Of a stretch of 64,000 nucleotides of DNA, positions 25,701-38,590 are shown piece by piece. Numbering within the stretch: position 1 is the first letter of the stretch; the number at the start of each line of letters is the position of its first letter. The position numbers were made by a program, and so were the translations under genes. The stretch is from Phoronis australis. Its lineage: Eukaryota; Animalia; Phoronida. The DNA is taken from the NCBI GenBank assembly GCA_002633005.1, contig NMRA01000139.1, positions 372,001-436,000 on the forward strand. The letters are read 5' to 3'. The notes beneath the pieces were generated by a model, which saw nothing but the letters and a program-made list of their open reading frames with translations, was not told where the DNA came from and ran no database searches.

Positions 25701-26890
25701 TCTTCTCCTTCTTGTTGCAAGAAAGATAATTAAAAAGGTTTAGAGACTTGCTTTTAGCGTGTTGTATTGGAGGTTTTTATACTTTTTTTTCTTACGAGAT
25801 TCTTCCCCTTGATTGTAGTCTTTATATAGTAAGTATATGTAATTGCCTGAAGTTGTAATTTTCCTCATCTACCAAGGTACTACACGACCGTATGCTTTTC
25901 AACTCGGTGTTCTCCCTGCAACATGGTGTTGCACCGTGTTTGAAAAGTTCTGCGCCATGTTTGAAATTTTGATCACATTTGAAAACCCCGGGTTTATAGC
26001 TTTACAAGACAAATGGTTACCAAAGTAGTGTTGCATAGTGTTAAGTTGTTTGCCATTTTCCTATGCTGTAAAAATGACATCGTTATGCTTAGCAAGTGAA
26101 AATAGTGTGTTGCAGTAGTTGTTTGTAGGAATTAACTGAACAGAAATTTTCGCTGTGCTTGGATGTTTGGTCAAGGATAATAACCATTGATGTATTCCCA
26201 AATGAGGTTTGAGTCTCATGAGATAGTGCCTGAATGACGCTTTGTGCCAGATGCAGCCTACATCAGACTTTATAATTAAACATTTGGTTGGCAACATCAG
26301 ACAATTAATCCTTTCACCTCTGTCTGAGAAAGTCAGGGAAAAAGCTGTAGTAGATATAGCAGAGCGTTTAGGAACAACACTGGTGTGTTTCAGATGGTTA
26401 ATTGTACTCCTGGCTAGCCACCCTCAAGTGTTGTGCTGACGTATGAGCAGAGATAAATTGAAGCCAATCTGGATTCTGGTAAACATCCAGAGGCAAGTGA
26501 CCAGCTATGGAGCAGCACACTGCAAATGGTGGGGTTTTTTGAGTACCCCTTTTAACATTGATTTGTTGTTTAGCCTGAGTGTTATGGTTTGTGAAGCCAG
26601 GGTGTTGCTAAGGTAATTCTTGCCAATTTATCAATATCTTGTTTTGTTTTAGTGTCACTCCGAAAATATGCTCTTAAAAAATCTGTTTCAGGTTGTATTA
26701 TAACTTACATGGAACTCTGCCTGAAAATAATTATGTGATGACTTGTTTCTTGAATTTGTGTTCAGAAACTCCTTCTTAGCTTTGTGCAAGTTGTGTTGCC
26801 GTTATCTCTTCCTGCTTATATTTATTTATGAAACTGACCACCCAGTCCATAGTTAGCTAATAAATGTCTTCAGAACTTAGCTAAGAGATG

Positions 26891-26985
26891 AATGTGCTCT
26901 CCTAATGAACACTATGTATCAATGTGCTCTCCTAATGAACACTATGTATCAATGTGCTCTCCTACTGAACACTATGTATCAATGT
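26891..26985. repeat. 30-bp tandem repeat, three copies plus a partial
   Basis: aatgtgctctccta(a/c)tgaacactatgtatc x3. Confidence 0.95.
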
Positions 26986-28229
26986 AGCTCTCAAACATCC
27001 TGATTACACTTCTTTGTTTTGATCTGTTTGTCTCATGTTTTGCTGGTACACTGTACAGTGATCAAATAACAAGGTTAGGTCCACTGAATCCTACTTTGTT
27101 TAGACATGTGTAACAATGCCGTTCTGTTTGTGTCAGATGTTTGTGGGCTGTTGAAGTTTAGAGTCAAGGAGACATTAGCATGACTGTTTGTAGAATATGC
27201 CAGCAGATGGGGGGACAACAAGTACAGCAGATGTGATGATCAGCCACCGCCATGTGCACCATGTTGCCGTGGTGATCAACCTGGTCAATTTTTGCATTGG
27301 AAAGAAGAGTAGTATAAAATTGGAGATTTTTATGTTCTAACACTACTGCCACCACCCCATTAGAAAAGCCTGGTTACCTAAGGCCAGGTCAACAGTGATG
27401 GTGTTCTTTATATTGGTTTGTGCCACAACTACGTCTATCGCGTAATGGCCATGAGAGTACATTTGTAGATCTATGCAAATGACTTGAGTTGACCCCGTCG
27501 CTTACTGCAACGGCTGAAACCATGCTATAAACATTCCTATTAAATAAGATTGGCCCAAACCCCGCATATCAGGGTAAACGGTGGGGTTTGGCAGATTTTA
27601 CTAAACCGTATTTATCCTCCTTGGCCGAGTCGCGCTCGGCTCACGATCAAAGGGATCCCGCCTAGCTGCTCTATTCATCAGCGAAGATAATTGGCTTCCC
27701 TCATGCGGATACTTTCAGCTGATTACAATCTAGCCTAGCAGACTGTATTTTTTATGGAGAGAGTTTTACGTAGTTTTGGCTGTAATATTTGAAAAGAGGA
27801 GCGAAAACAAATATGAGTACAACTTTGAATTTTTCAAGTCGGCCCAGGATAAGAGATTTTGCAACACAGCAACACTCATGATTACTTTCATTCGGCGCGC
27901 ACGAATACAAAAATATAGGACCCAAGTTATTTAGATTTTGGAACACATGCATTGCAATATTCAAAATACGTTTATTATGAATCTTACAAGCTGTAAAACG
28001 ACATTTAATTTCATTGTGCTCATTCATTGTCAGCCGTCAAATCGGAAATTTCCGTGATGTGATCTGCGGCGTGCGCGTATGTGTACAAAGCATGTGATTG
28101 TTATGTTCCTGAAGTACGAACATTAAGAAACTTTAGCATGCCGTTATTATTAACAGGGACACGATAAAACGGAATTTGGATTTTGACGATAGTCTTGATA
28201 CAACGAGCTGGCTGACCACTGCTTCAGTG

Positions 28230-28490
28230 TCTCCTTTAGACCCAGAAATTTCAAACAGCCCGGGTAGTTCAACTCGTCACCTTGTCCCCAACATGTAGAT
28301 CGAGCCTTGGACTATTAATGTTTTACTCCACGGTGGAGCTAACGACTGTCGGCCTGTGCACACAATATCTGAGTTAACCGGCACTCACCTTGCACGTTGC
28401 AGCCGTTTAAGTGAAAAACAATCTAGTAAACGCCATTTTCTTGTATAATCCTCCGCCTTTTGTAATAAAAATGTCTGTCGTCGATGACCC
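28230..28490. repeat. Partial copy of the shared transposon core sequence
   Basis: cagcccgggta...ctcgtcacc...cactcaccttgcacgttgcagccgtttaagtgaaaaacaatc matches ~19800-20000 and ~51100-51290. Confidence 0.7.
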
Positions 28491-31400
28491 GCACACGCAC
28501 TCACTCTCATATGCAGACGAACTTCAAAACAAACGTCACGTGACAACAACATGTGTGTTCGTCCAGAGATTTTTCTCGTGTTGTGGGGTACGATGTAGCG
28601 CAGATTTGGACTTAATCGCAATTAATCTGGACACCACATGAACTTTAAAAATTGTAAAACATAAGGAGGATTTCAGATAATTTGTTGAGTCGAAACTATA
28701 TTTTTATTCAAGAATTCAAGTTTTCCTATTGACGATCGCGATTTAGCGACGTATCTGAGTTGGCAAGTTTTCGCCCTGGGATTTCAGCATAATTTTTTGA
28801 AAAATGATCGTAATTTAACAACGGAGTTTGATAGCAATGCACTACAATTTTGTAGAAAGACTGTCATTGGCTACAAATACGTCACAGAGCGTAAATTTGA
28901 TGAATACTAGCTTCCGATTTTACTCGTTTCGGAAACCGGGTTTCAACTGCCTTAGGCTACAATAAGCGTCCCCTGCCCGTGAAATGAATTTTTCTAAACG
29001 TTTTTTAGAGCCAATACAGTACACAGCTTTCCACCAAGGCTAGGTGATGCTCTGACATTATTCTTTGTTGCATTAGATCATTAGTCTTCAACTTGGCTAA
29101 TTATCATTTTATGGCCTGGTTATCCATTCAGCCAAAAATGGTTTGGTAGGTGCCTTATCAGCCAATTATACAGGCATGCTTACTCACAATAGATTCAGCC
29201 TGATAAGAGTGAAGGTGGATAAATGCCATGTTCCTACAGTTTCTTGAGGTAGTGGATGTATTCACGTCATGACAAACTTTATGTTAGCTTCATGGTGATG
29301 TGAACATTGACGTGTTAGCCAGCAAGTGTGGTGGTCGGAAATAAGTGACTGAGTCGAACCTTGTCAACCCCTCGTGTCCACCTTCTGCTGCCATAGCAGA
29401 ATGACAGTGACTCGATGTGGGTGCATATGGGTTCTATGTAGGTGCATGAATACAAAAACTTCCAAGCCCTATGGTTGTACTGTCGCCCATACAGGTATGA
29501 GACATTGGTGAGTCTTGTAACCTGGTAAAATGACGCTGGCAAATAGGAAATGTTTTTCAGACTGTAAACAGTGGCATAGTTACTCAATCCATAAGCTTTA
29601 ATGCAAATTACCCCAAACCCATTCGTGTGTAGCTGGACACTGACCTTTGGAGTCTTTAAATTCTTCTATCTCGAACAAATACTATCACAATCGTATTTTT
29701 CTGTCTTTCCACCAACAAAATCACGAACTGAACTATTTCTGTTGTGATTGCATCTCCGCACATGTCTATGGCGTGGTGTAACTTCTTAATCACATGGAGG
29801 TTGATTTTATGAGTGAGTCGGACTATGCACTATACTGGTGACCTACCGAAGTTTGCGTTGCTTAATAAGAACGTGACTTTGATGGTTTAGCCAGTGTTAG
29901 GCATAATTTTTCAGAAAGCATTTGCCGTATGGAGGGTCTATGGGATGGTCATTGTCTGATCCATCTTTACTGTCCCAGTCTACAGTCCCGTTCACACTCA
30001 TCCAACCCTAGCAGAGAACAACTTGCAATAGTGCTACTTACCCCACTTTTAAGTGGAGCATCCACAAACACATATCAGATAACTAGGGTAAGGCAGAAGT
30101 TGTTGCTTTGTGCTTGGCAATGAACACTTAATGCGAGTGCGGCGCGCAAAGGAAAACCCGTCTTTATGTAACCGCAGCTGATAGTTGCTTCTGTCCTACC
30201 TTACTTTCTGAGTCGCACAGCGATTACAAGTGGTGCAGTTACACTAGAAGAAGTTACCCCACCTCGATAATGTGGGGTAAGTTGTCATAAGTGGGGTAAG
30301 TTGCGCTAGTTTCAATAGTGTCCAGACAGCCCTGAAACCTAGGACCATCGTTACAGGAGTAACTTGTTTTAGGGTAAGTCTGTGCGTGGAGGGTACTTAA
30401 GTACTGTCTATTTAAAATGCTGACTGGATCAAATCAAAGCTCAGAATTACTAATAGTGGTTCAACACAGTTGATTGGCAATACCACAGTAATGATTCATA
30501 AACCATCTTGCGTTAATTGACATGCACCGGTATTACCTCCTGAAAAAAATTAATTGGTTTATCAGTAAAAACCTGTGCTTCCGGTGGACATCATAGGTGT
30601 GGTTTACATAGCTCATCACCTTAACTGCTTGACAGAAATTTCATTCACATCCCGATACAGATGCAAAAACCAAATTTCTTGAATTTCTGTGTGAAATATA
30701 GAATATATATAGGTAAATAAAACAACAAGAATGGATCAACTGAAATTTTCGGATATATTTTGTGAAACAATAGTATCCTTGAAAAGATCTGGATCGCCTT
30801 ATTTAGTTTCAGCTTTATTTTCTACGTTATTTATGCGAAATATGATTTCATGTCTTCTGTAAAATAAAACGGATGTTTTGTTTCGCTCAACATTTTTATT
30901 ATGAATGAGTTTTCAATAATTATTAATAGTGGTAAAAATTTGACACTGTTCAAAATTTCATGTTTTGTCTCATAGAAAATGGCAACAAATGGCTCTTTAC
31001 TGATTTCACAGAAAATGCTTTTCATTGTTGGAACTTGCTAATTTGAGCTAATGAGGTTGCAATTTTATTTGAGCTAAACTTTTCAGAGATGAAAGGCTGT
31101 TATAAGAAATCTGGTGATAAGATTTTCCCTAAAAATCAAAAGTTGCTATTGACTTGGGTCATGTGATTAGATATGTCAACACCCACTAAGTGTGTGTAGT
31201 GATGCTTGGCAATCTTGATTCTGGGTTTTCTTTGATAATTTGGAATAAGTTGGGAATTTATTGTCAGTTGACCCTAAGGTGGTTGTTGTAAAGCCCACCC
31301 AAGGCATGTATTATGCAAAATTTGGCTAAGAGTGTGAGGGGATTATTTTGAAAATTGAGATCGAGCTTTGTTGGTCAACTGAATTTCAAAAGGCAAGGGG

Positions 31401-32230
31401 TCTGGCAGGAAGCACTTAAGTTTTCTGTTTATTTAGCCTGAAGTAAACTAGCATAAAAATGTGCCCAGTAACTCATGGTGCTATGAGTTCTCAAGTTGTA
31501 TATTAACTAAAGGTTTTGATTAACTCTATTTTTTCAAGTGGCTACTCAAATTTGAGATTAATGTTTTTCGTTAGTGATTGAGCTGTCATTAACTTTGATT
31601 TTTCACTCAATTATTATTTAATGCTGCATTTTACTGTGTTTAGGTGTCTTAACTACCGTGATCTGAACAAGAATACTTATGGTCTGAAAACTACATTTGC
31701 AGGATTTCTACTGACGGGTATAAATACGAGCACAAGTGGGATTCATTGATACTAGTCACATGCTAGCTACAATGCTGGTGTTTTTGCTGGTACTTTCACC
31801 ACTTATAAAATACCAGTAACCATATGAACTGTTACAAGGGCAATTTTTGTTGTGCTTTACTTGGGGGGGGGGGGGGGGGGGNGGGGGTGCTCAGAGGTAC
31901 CCCAAAACTGTTAAATGTTTCCCTAATAGCACTGCTGTAGCCAGACCACTTATTCATATGAATTTTTCTAATAAACTTTACTACCACAAACTGGATTTTT
32001 ATCTTAAGTGTGGTGCTTAGGGATTAAAATTCACCATGAAGCACAGGTCAAGTAAACCTTTCCAGATTTCAAGACCCAGCATGCAGAGTGTGTTTTTACA
32101 CCTCAGACAACCTTTCTAATTTTCCTTGCTAATGAAGACCATGAGCAGTGTTAATGAAGAAGGAGTACTATTACCCAGAACTACAAGAAAGCTGCCCAGG
32201 GTGTTGAATGCATTTCTTTAATTGCGTTCT

Positions 32231-33553
32231 TGTGTGTGCGACTAACATGAACATGACACATCAGGCAAACTAGTGTGTGTGACTAACATGAACATGACAC
32301 ATCAGGCAAACTAGTGTGTGCGACTTACATGAACATGACACATCAGACAAACTAAGTGTGCAACTTACATTAACATGACACATCAGGCAAGCTAGTGTGT
32401 GCGACTAACATGAATATGACACATCAGGCAAACTAGTGTGCGACTTACATGAACATGACACATCAGACAAACTAGTGTGTGCAACTTACATGAACATGAC
32501 ACATCAGGCAAACTAATGTGTGCGACTAACATGAACATGACACATCAGACAAGCTAGTGTATGCTACTAACGTGAACATGGCACATCAGGCAAACTCGTG
32601 TGTGCAACTTACATTAACATGACACATCAGGCAAGCTAGTGTGTGCGACTAACATGAACATGACACATCAGGCAAGCTAGTGTGTGTGACTTACATGAAC
32701 ATGACACATCAGGCAAACTAGTGTGTGCGACTTACATGAACATGACACATCAGACAAACTAGCGTGTGCAACTTACATGAACATGACACATCAGACAAAC
32801 TAGTGTGCGACTAACATGAACATGACACATCAGACAAGCTAGTGTGTGTGACTTACATGAACATGACACATCAGGCAAACTAATGTGTGCGACTAACATG
32901 AACATGACACATCAAGCAAACTAGTGTGTGCGACTAACATGAACATGACACATCAGAAAAGCTAGTGTATCCGATTAACGTGAACATGGCACATCAGGCA
33001 AACTCGTGTGTGCGACTAAAATGAACATGACACATCAGACAAACTAGTGTGTGCAACTTACATGAACATGACACACCAGACAAACTAGTGTGTGCGACTT
33101 ACATGAACATGACACATCAGGCAAACTGGTGTGTGCGAGTAATATGAACATGACACATCAGACAAACTAGTGTATGCGACTAACGTGAATATGACACATA
33201 CAAACTAGTGTATGCGATTAACGTGAACATGACACATCAGGTGAAAATGACACATCAGACAAACTAGTGTATGCGACTAAAGTGAACATGACACATCAGG
33301 CAAGCTAGTGTGTGCGACTAACATGAACATGACATCAGACAAACTAGTGTATGCGACTAGCGTGAACATAACACATCAGGCAAACTAGTGTGTGCGACTA
33401 ACATGAACATGACACATCAGACAAACTAGTGTGTGCGAATAACATGAACATGACACATCAGACAAACTAGTGTGTGCGACTTATATGAACATGGCACATC
33501 AGGCAAACTAGTGTGTGTGACTGAACATGAACATGACACATCACGCAAACTAG
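32231..33553. repeat. 41-bp minisatellite, about 32 copies
   Basis: Consensus ctagtgtgtgcgactaacatgaacatgacacatcaggcaaa, head-to-tail with no spacers; small substitutions and TG-number indels. Confidence 0.97.
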
Positions 33554-35831
33554 ATCATTACTTTCTTTACCATTAAGTCATCTAACCACTTAAACGAAAT
33601 TAAGAAAAAAAAACTGTGAATGTAATCCATTCATTTCAAGCCTTTTTGCCCATGATTGCCTGTGTCATGTCTGGGTTATTTTAGAAATATATATATTCTA
33701 CTTATACAGGTAGTGGCCATGAGGGATTGGGTGTGTATCCCTGTGCCATTTTTCTCAGTCTTATTCATCAGTGAGTTGTACATCGCTCCTCCCTGGGTGA
33801 TCCTACTAGACAGTTGTAATTAGACTGGCTGGTTCTCTTGTTTTGTTCCTAACGATCTAGTGAACCACATAAGTGAATTAGTGGCTGTTCAATATGTACA
33901 CAAGTCACTAAATATTATTGGCATTCCACTAGTATACATGTTGATGGCTTTTTAGAGCAGTTGTAATGTTTTTTGGTTTGTTGCACTATTTCATGACCTT
34001 GCAATTGGCAGCTGTTTTAGTTGGGGCTGCTGGTCAAGTAGCATTCTTAAGTCAATGGAGTTTTTTGTCTTCAAAGGCTTGATTGCATCCATCTTGTACA
34101 AGTATTTGAAAATCTGTGCAGCACTTCACACTGATAGAAATTCTACACATTGTCACACCAAATACTGAAAAATACAAAGAGAACGTGATTGGCTCAAATC
34201 TGAAATTGGTAGAGTTTGAATTTTTAAAATACGTTTTATTTGTCATCTTGCCCTCTTTTACATAGAATTTGTTAAATATTCCACTGTGTTGTCTATTGCT
34301 TAAAGTATACACTGTAGAATCAATGTTACACTGAAATATGCGAATATCAGCACTTGACTTGCTGATTCCTAATACCAGAAAGGCCAGTTGCCGCTGTAAA
34401 AGTCTAGTTATTTCAAGATCCATCCTCAAATGCTCCCAGTTAGATGGAAAGGTCACTCCAGTGCATTTGACATCATTAGTAGATTATCACCCAATATATA
34501 ATGATACATTTGTTTTGACATTGGTATTTTCGAGCCGGTTTGTAATTCTAAATTTCTACAAATGTAAATGGAAACTAAACCATGCCAAACAAAAGTCAGA
34601 AAAGTTTGCCATTTATGTAGATTTTCACTCCAGTTCACATGATCCAGTGATCACAAAGCTATGGCACAGGCTGGACAAACCCTGATTCTATAGGCACAGG
34701 TACAGCTGCATGAAGCATAGCCCTGAGCTACTTTCCATATGCTCCGATACCTATGCTCATTCCAATCCATTACTGAACTTTGTTGTCATGGCTTTCGTCT
34801 CATAAATCACTGTTAACATTGAATGCATTCTAGTTCCTCACAAAATTGAGCGTATTCTCTCTTCTTGGCCAAAGTACAAACAGCGAGATATCGTCAACAG
34901 TTGTTTGATTGGGAGAATTTACCAAAGCCGCTTTGAAACAAGAGGGGCCCCTCTTGTCTGCTTGCAAACTTTTGATCATCTCGATACTGTGTTTGTATGT
35001 TTACGAGGTGATGCATATTTTCCTGATTCATGCTGTCATTTTCTGTGGCTTGTGTAAAATTTCAGTAAAATCTTGTAACATATACCGGTACACACCCAAT
35101 CCTTTTGTGAATGATAAACCAGCTTAGTCCAGACTGGAAAATCTATTACAGGTCTTGTTAGCTGGATCAAACAGATTCCATGACAAACACCCATCCGAAG
35201 TGATGGATAAACCATGCCTAAATGCCTGTGCCCATTTAGAGCTATTTGGGGTTAATTTCATTCCCATATCTATAGTTTCATCATGAAGTTAGCAGTCCAG
35301 ACTCATTCCTCCTAAGTTCTAGCATTTTTGGAACTGTTCTCCATCGTAGGCAGTGTGTTCAATTTGCAAGGTGACCAAGGTTGATTTTTTAATTTCAGGT
35401 GTTAACTCGTGTTTCATTTGCTCGGCTTTGCTGAATACCTGTAAATTCAATGATTCTAGTTCGTTAACTTGGTTGTTTCTTGCCATCCAAAGATGATAGT
35501 AAAGGCATTACTCATTGAACTTAAAAAAATGTTTGCACATGTCACCTTTTAAAATGTCACATCTCTGTGACCTTTCTCACTTTCACTCTCTTGCTTTTTT
35601 GCTAGTCCCAGCTTTGGATGGTTCTTGACTAACGGAAAGCTCTCATCTATTCTGGCTCAAGGTTGGTCATAAGAATGAGGTTGAGTTACTTAGCAATGAA
35701 GGCTGGGCCTATCAACTAAGACACAGTTTGGTCGCCTCATCGCTAACGCTAACATCTTCTGCTTTTAATTCCACGTTGATGTCTCACTCACATAATGACT
35801 TCCTAAAACCGCTCTGAGGTAGTGGCGTATT

Positions 35832-35986
35832 ACAACCATTATTAAAATCTCTTTGTCTATGTACACCGACCTCCAGTGTATATACACTGTCACGAGGATG
35901 GCCAGAGAAGAGACCAACCGAAACGTGACAATGTATATAGACTAGAGGTCGGTGTAAATAGACCAAGAGATTTTAATAATAGTTGT
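35832..35986. repeat. Long hairpin: 63-nt arms (6 mismatches) and a 29-nt loop
   Basis: 35832-35894 is the reverse complement of 35924-35986. Confidence 0.9.
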
Positions 35987-38499
35987 CTCACTCACAGCTC
36001 CACCATTTTATGCGTACTGTTAACATTACTGGTTCCCAGTAAATGTGCAGCACTGATAAACTTTTCACTATAGACTGTACTCTTGCCTTTTTATTATACT
36101 ATGTTAGGACATATTGAATAATTCACTCTGTACAAAGTGATAACAAAATAACAAACAGACTTTGTTTTATGTGTTCTCCACAGCCTTGTTAGTGCTTAAG
36201 GACACTGATCAGGCCAGTGAACTCGCACCACGACTCCCAATAAGGAGGTCAATACAGTTAGGAACTTGAGTGTATTTTCATTTTGCATGGACTAATAAGG
36301 TAATATTAATGCAAAGTTATGATGGCCAATGTGTCAGTTGGCACATGCACTATGGAAGTGCAGCTGTAACCACAGAATCTTGGAAGGCACTGTGGCATCC
36401 TTGGAACTAAATCTACCTGGTACTCAAAATTGTTCTGTTGCAAATCAGCCTGAAATGACTGAGAGGGGGTGGTTGCAGTAAAAATTCTCTAGTTTGGGGA
36501 GGCTTCTTAAATTTCAGACAGGTAAATTCAAGGAAAAATTGAATTTTCTTCATTCTAAAGATTGGGACATGGTTGATTTTGGCATTTATCATATTTCTCA
36601 CATTTCGGACACTTGGCAGTTAAAAACATCATCAAAAATAGCTGCCATCCTCACAGTGTGTAACATCCAGGTGAATGACCCTTCGTCATTAATCGTAATT
36701 CGTGAATTTGGGACGACCAATATTGGCAAACTTGGTACAAGTTCTGATATTAAGCAAAATAATTAAATTTTCAATGTCCCAAGCTAGTGAATTTTTACCA
36801 TAATAATACAATGACCTTAAGCAAAATAATAAAATTTTCACTGTCCCAATCTTGGGGCATTTTTCTCAAGGCCCTGTAGATTATCACATTCTAATGTGAA
36901 GGGGATTTCTGCAAGATCCTCTGCGTTTGTCTTTTGATTGAGCAGGGTACATGTACATGCCTGTCCACATCCAGTAATATATAGCCTAGTACTGTGTGGA
37001 TCAGCTGGTTGAGGTCTATCAATAATTTCATTCCCATGGGTGTTAGACTAGTAGCAACACTGTGATGTACAGTTGCCTCACCATGTTCTGGAGTAATTGA
37101 GGTAATGGGCTAAATGGCTTAGGCAACATTTGGTCCATCTCTCTGGGAAGTAGGTGGCCAATGTCCCTCTTGTGTTTGTAAGGTCAGTGTCTTGGTGGTT
37201 TGAAATAATAGCCATTTTCCTGATGTTGGTTTGGAGTTGGGTACAAACGCTTTTAATGTTGCCTGGTGGTTTGCATTGAAACTGATGTTAACAGGGAACT
37301 TAGGGATTCAAGCCTACCCTTGGTTTTTCTAGAGGGATATTTTTCAGGTGCACTGAGATTTGGACATGCATCTGGGACTGAAACTTAAATCATTAAAATG
37401 TCACGTAGTATTGTTGCAGTAAAAAGTGCACCAACGATGTCATGAGATCTTTAAGTCATACCGCAGATTACTGTGCAGTATGACTTGTTTGTTGTGATTG
37501 GAATCACTGTGCACTTAATTAAGGCTGTAGGGCTTTTAGTACCTGCTATGAAGACTTTCACCTTTATGTGAATTGTTGTCTTACTTTTAGTCAGCTGCAC
37601 ATGATGGATGTGACCCTAAAGGTTTTAATTTTGACATTCTGTGACCTCACCAGTTGGTCTCTTTGTGTGCTATTGGTAGAATGGCACACACACTTGTATG
37701 GGTGTTGGTCTCCATTTAGCTGATGGACATTTAATTGGGCTGCATTTGGAGAGCCCCATTTAATATCCTGTCTAGTTACCAGACCACATAAGTTGTGTCT
37801 TGAGTGCCATGTGTTGAAGGGAACACTGCTGCCTCCAATGGGACCATCAAAAAACTAAGTTATTCCTTTGCAGACATGCGTGTTTATATCACCTATTGGC
37901 TGTTGATAAACAGTCTGTCCAGGAGAGATGTGGAGAATTTCCTGAACCTATCGCTATTTATACTGGGAGATTATTTTATCTGTCTCATTATTTTTATCAC
38001 ATTCATGACCATAGGCTCACTGTCTTCTGTCTATCTGTTGCAGAGGCGATAGAGAAGTGACTGGGTCTAGACAACCATTTGCGTTCTTGGGATAGCCATA
38101 CAAAGAAAAGTTGCAGTATTCTATGTAAAGGTTTGTCAGATTTCAACTCTTAAAATTAGTATTAGGTGTGACTGTAAGGTTTAGAACTAATATATTTTGT
38201 GAAACAATGTGATAGTTAGAACTACATAACATGTCATATTTTACTTATTACTCTATGTTAAAACTTCTAGCAGGTTGCAACATGGGTATTTATAATGTGC
38301 TAACATTTAGCTCTTCAGTACTTGTAGTGGGGTCGGTAAACCTTAGACGTGGAAAACGCATTTTACCGACTTAATATGACATTTTTACTTTTTGAAAGGA
38401 AACTTTTCCAAGTTGGTTGCTTTGTCTTAAAATGTTTTTTGTTTGTTTTTGTTCATATGCTACCGGTCGTATTTCGTATCGGATCTAACTCACAACGTG

Positions 38500-38590
38500 T
38501 GTCTCGCGAAGAGGTCGCAGCCTGTTGTTTTTGATTGAAATTGGCACCGAGATGGCGTTGTTGTTGCCATTAGTAACTGCATTGGTTCGC
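38500..38590 (+). promoter_or_regulatory. Promoter-like motif cluster in a CpG-rich patch
   Basis: TCTCGCGA (38502-38509), GAGATGGCG (YY1/CTCF-like, 38549-38557), X-box consensus GTTGCCATTAGTAAC (38563-38577) and reverse CCAAT (38581-38585), inside otherwise CpG-poor DNA. Confidence 0.55.

Noticed and set aside
29245-29266. let-7-like seed TGAGGTAGT (also at ~35815)
   Set aside because: Diverges after the seed and no pre-miRNA star arm is visible.
32231-33553. CRISPR-like array
   Set aside because: Units are contiguous with no unique spacers, there are no cas genes, and the context is eukaryotic; it is a minisatellite.
34052-34685. Opposing 134-aa and 115-aa ORFs
   Set aside because: Composition typical of random AT-rich sequence, with no motifs or exon boundaries.
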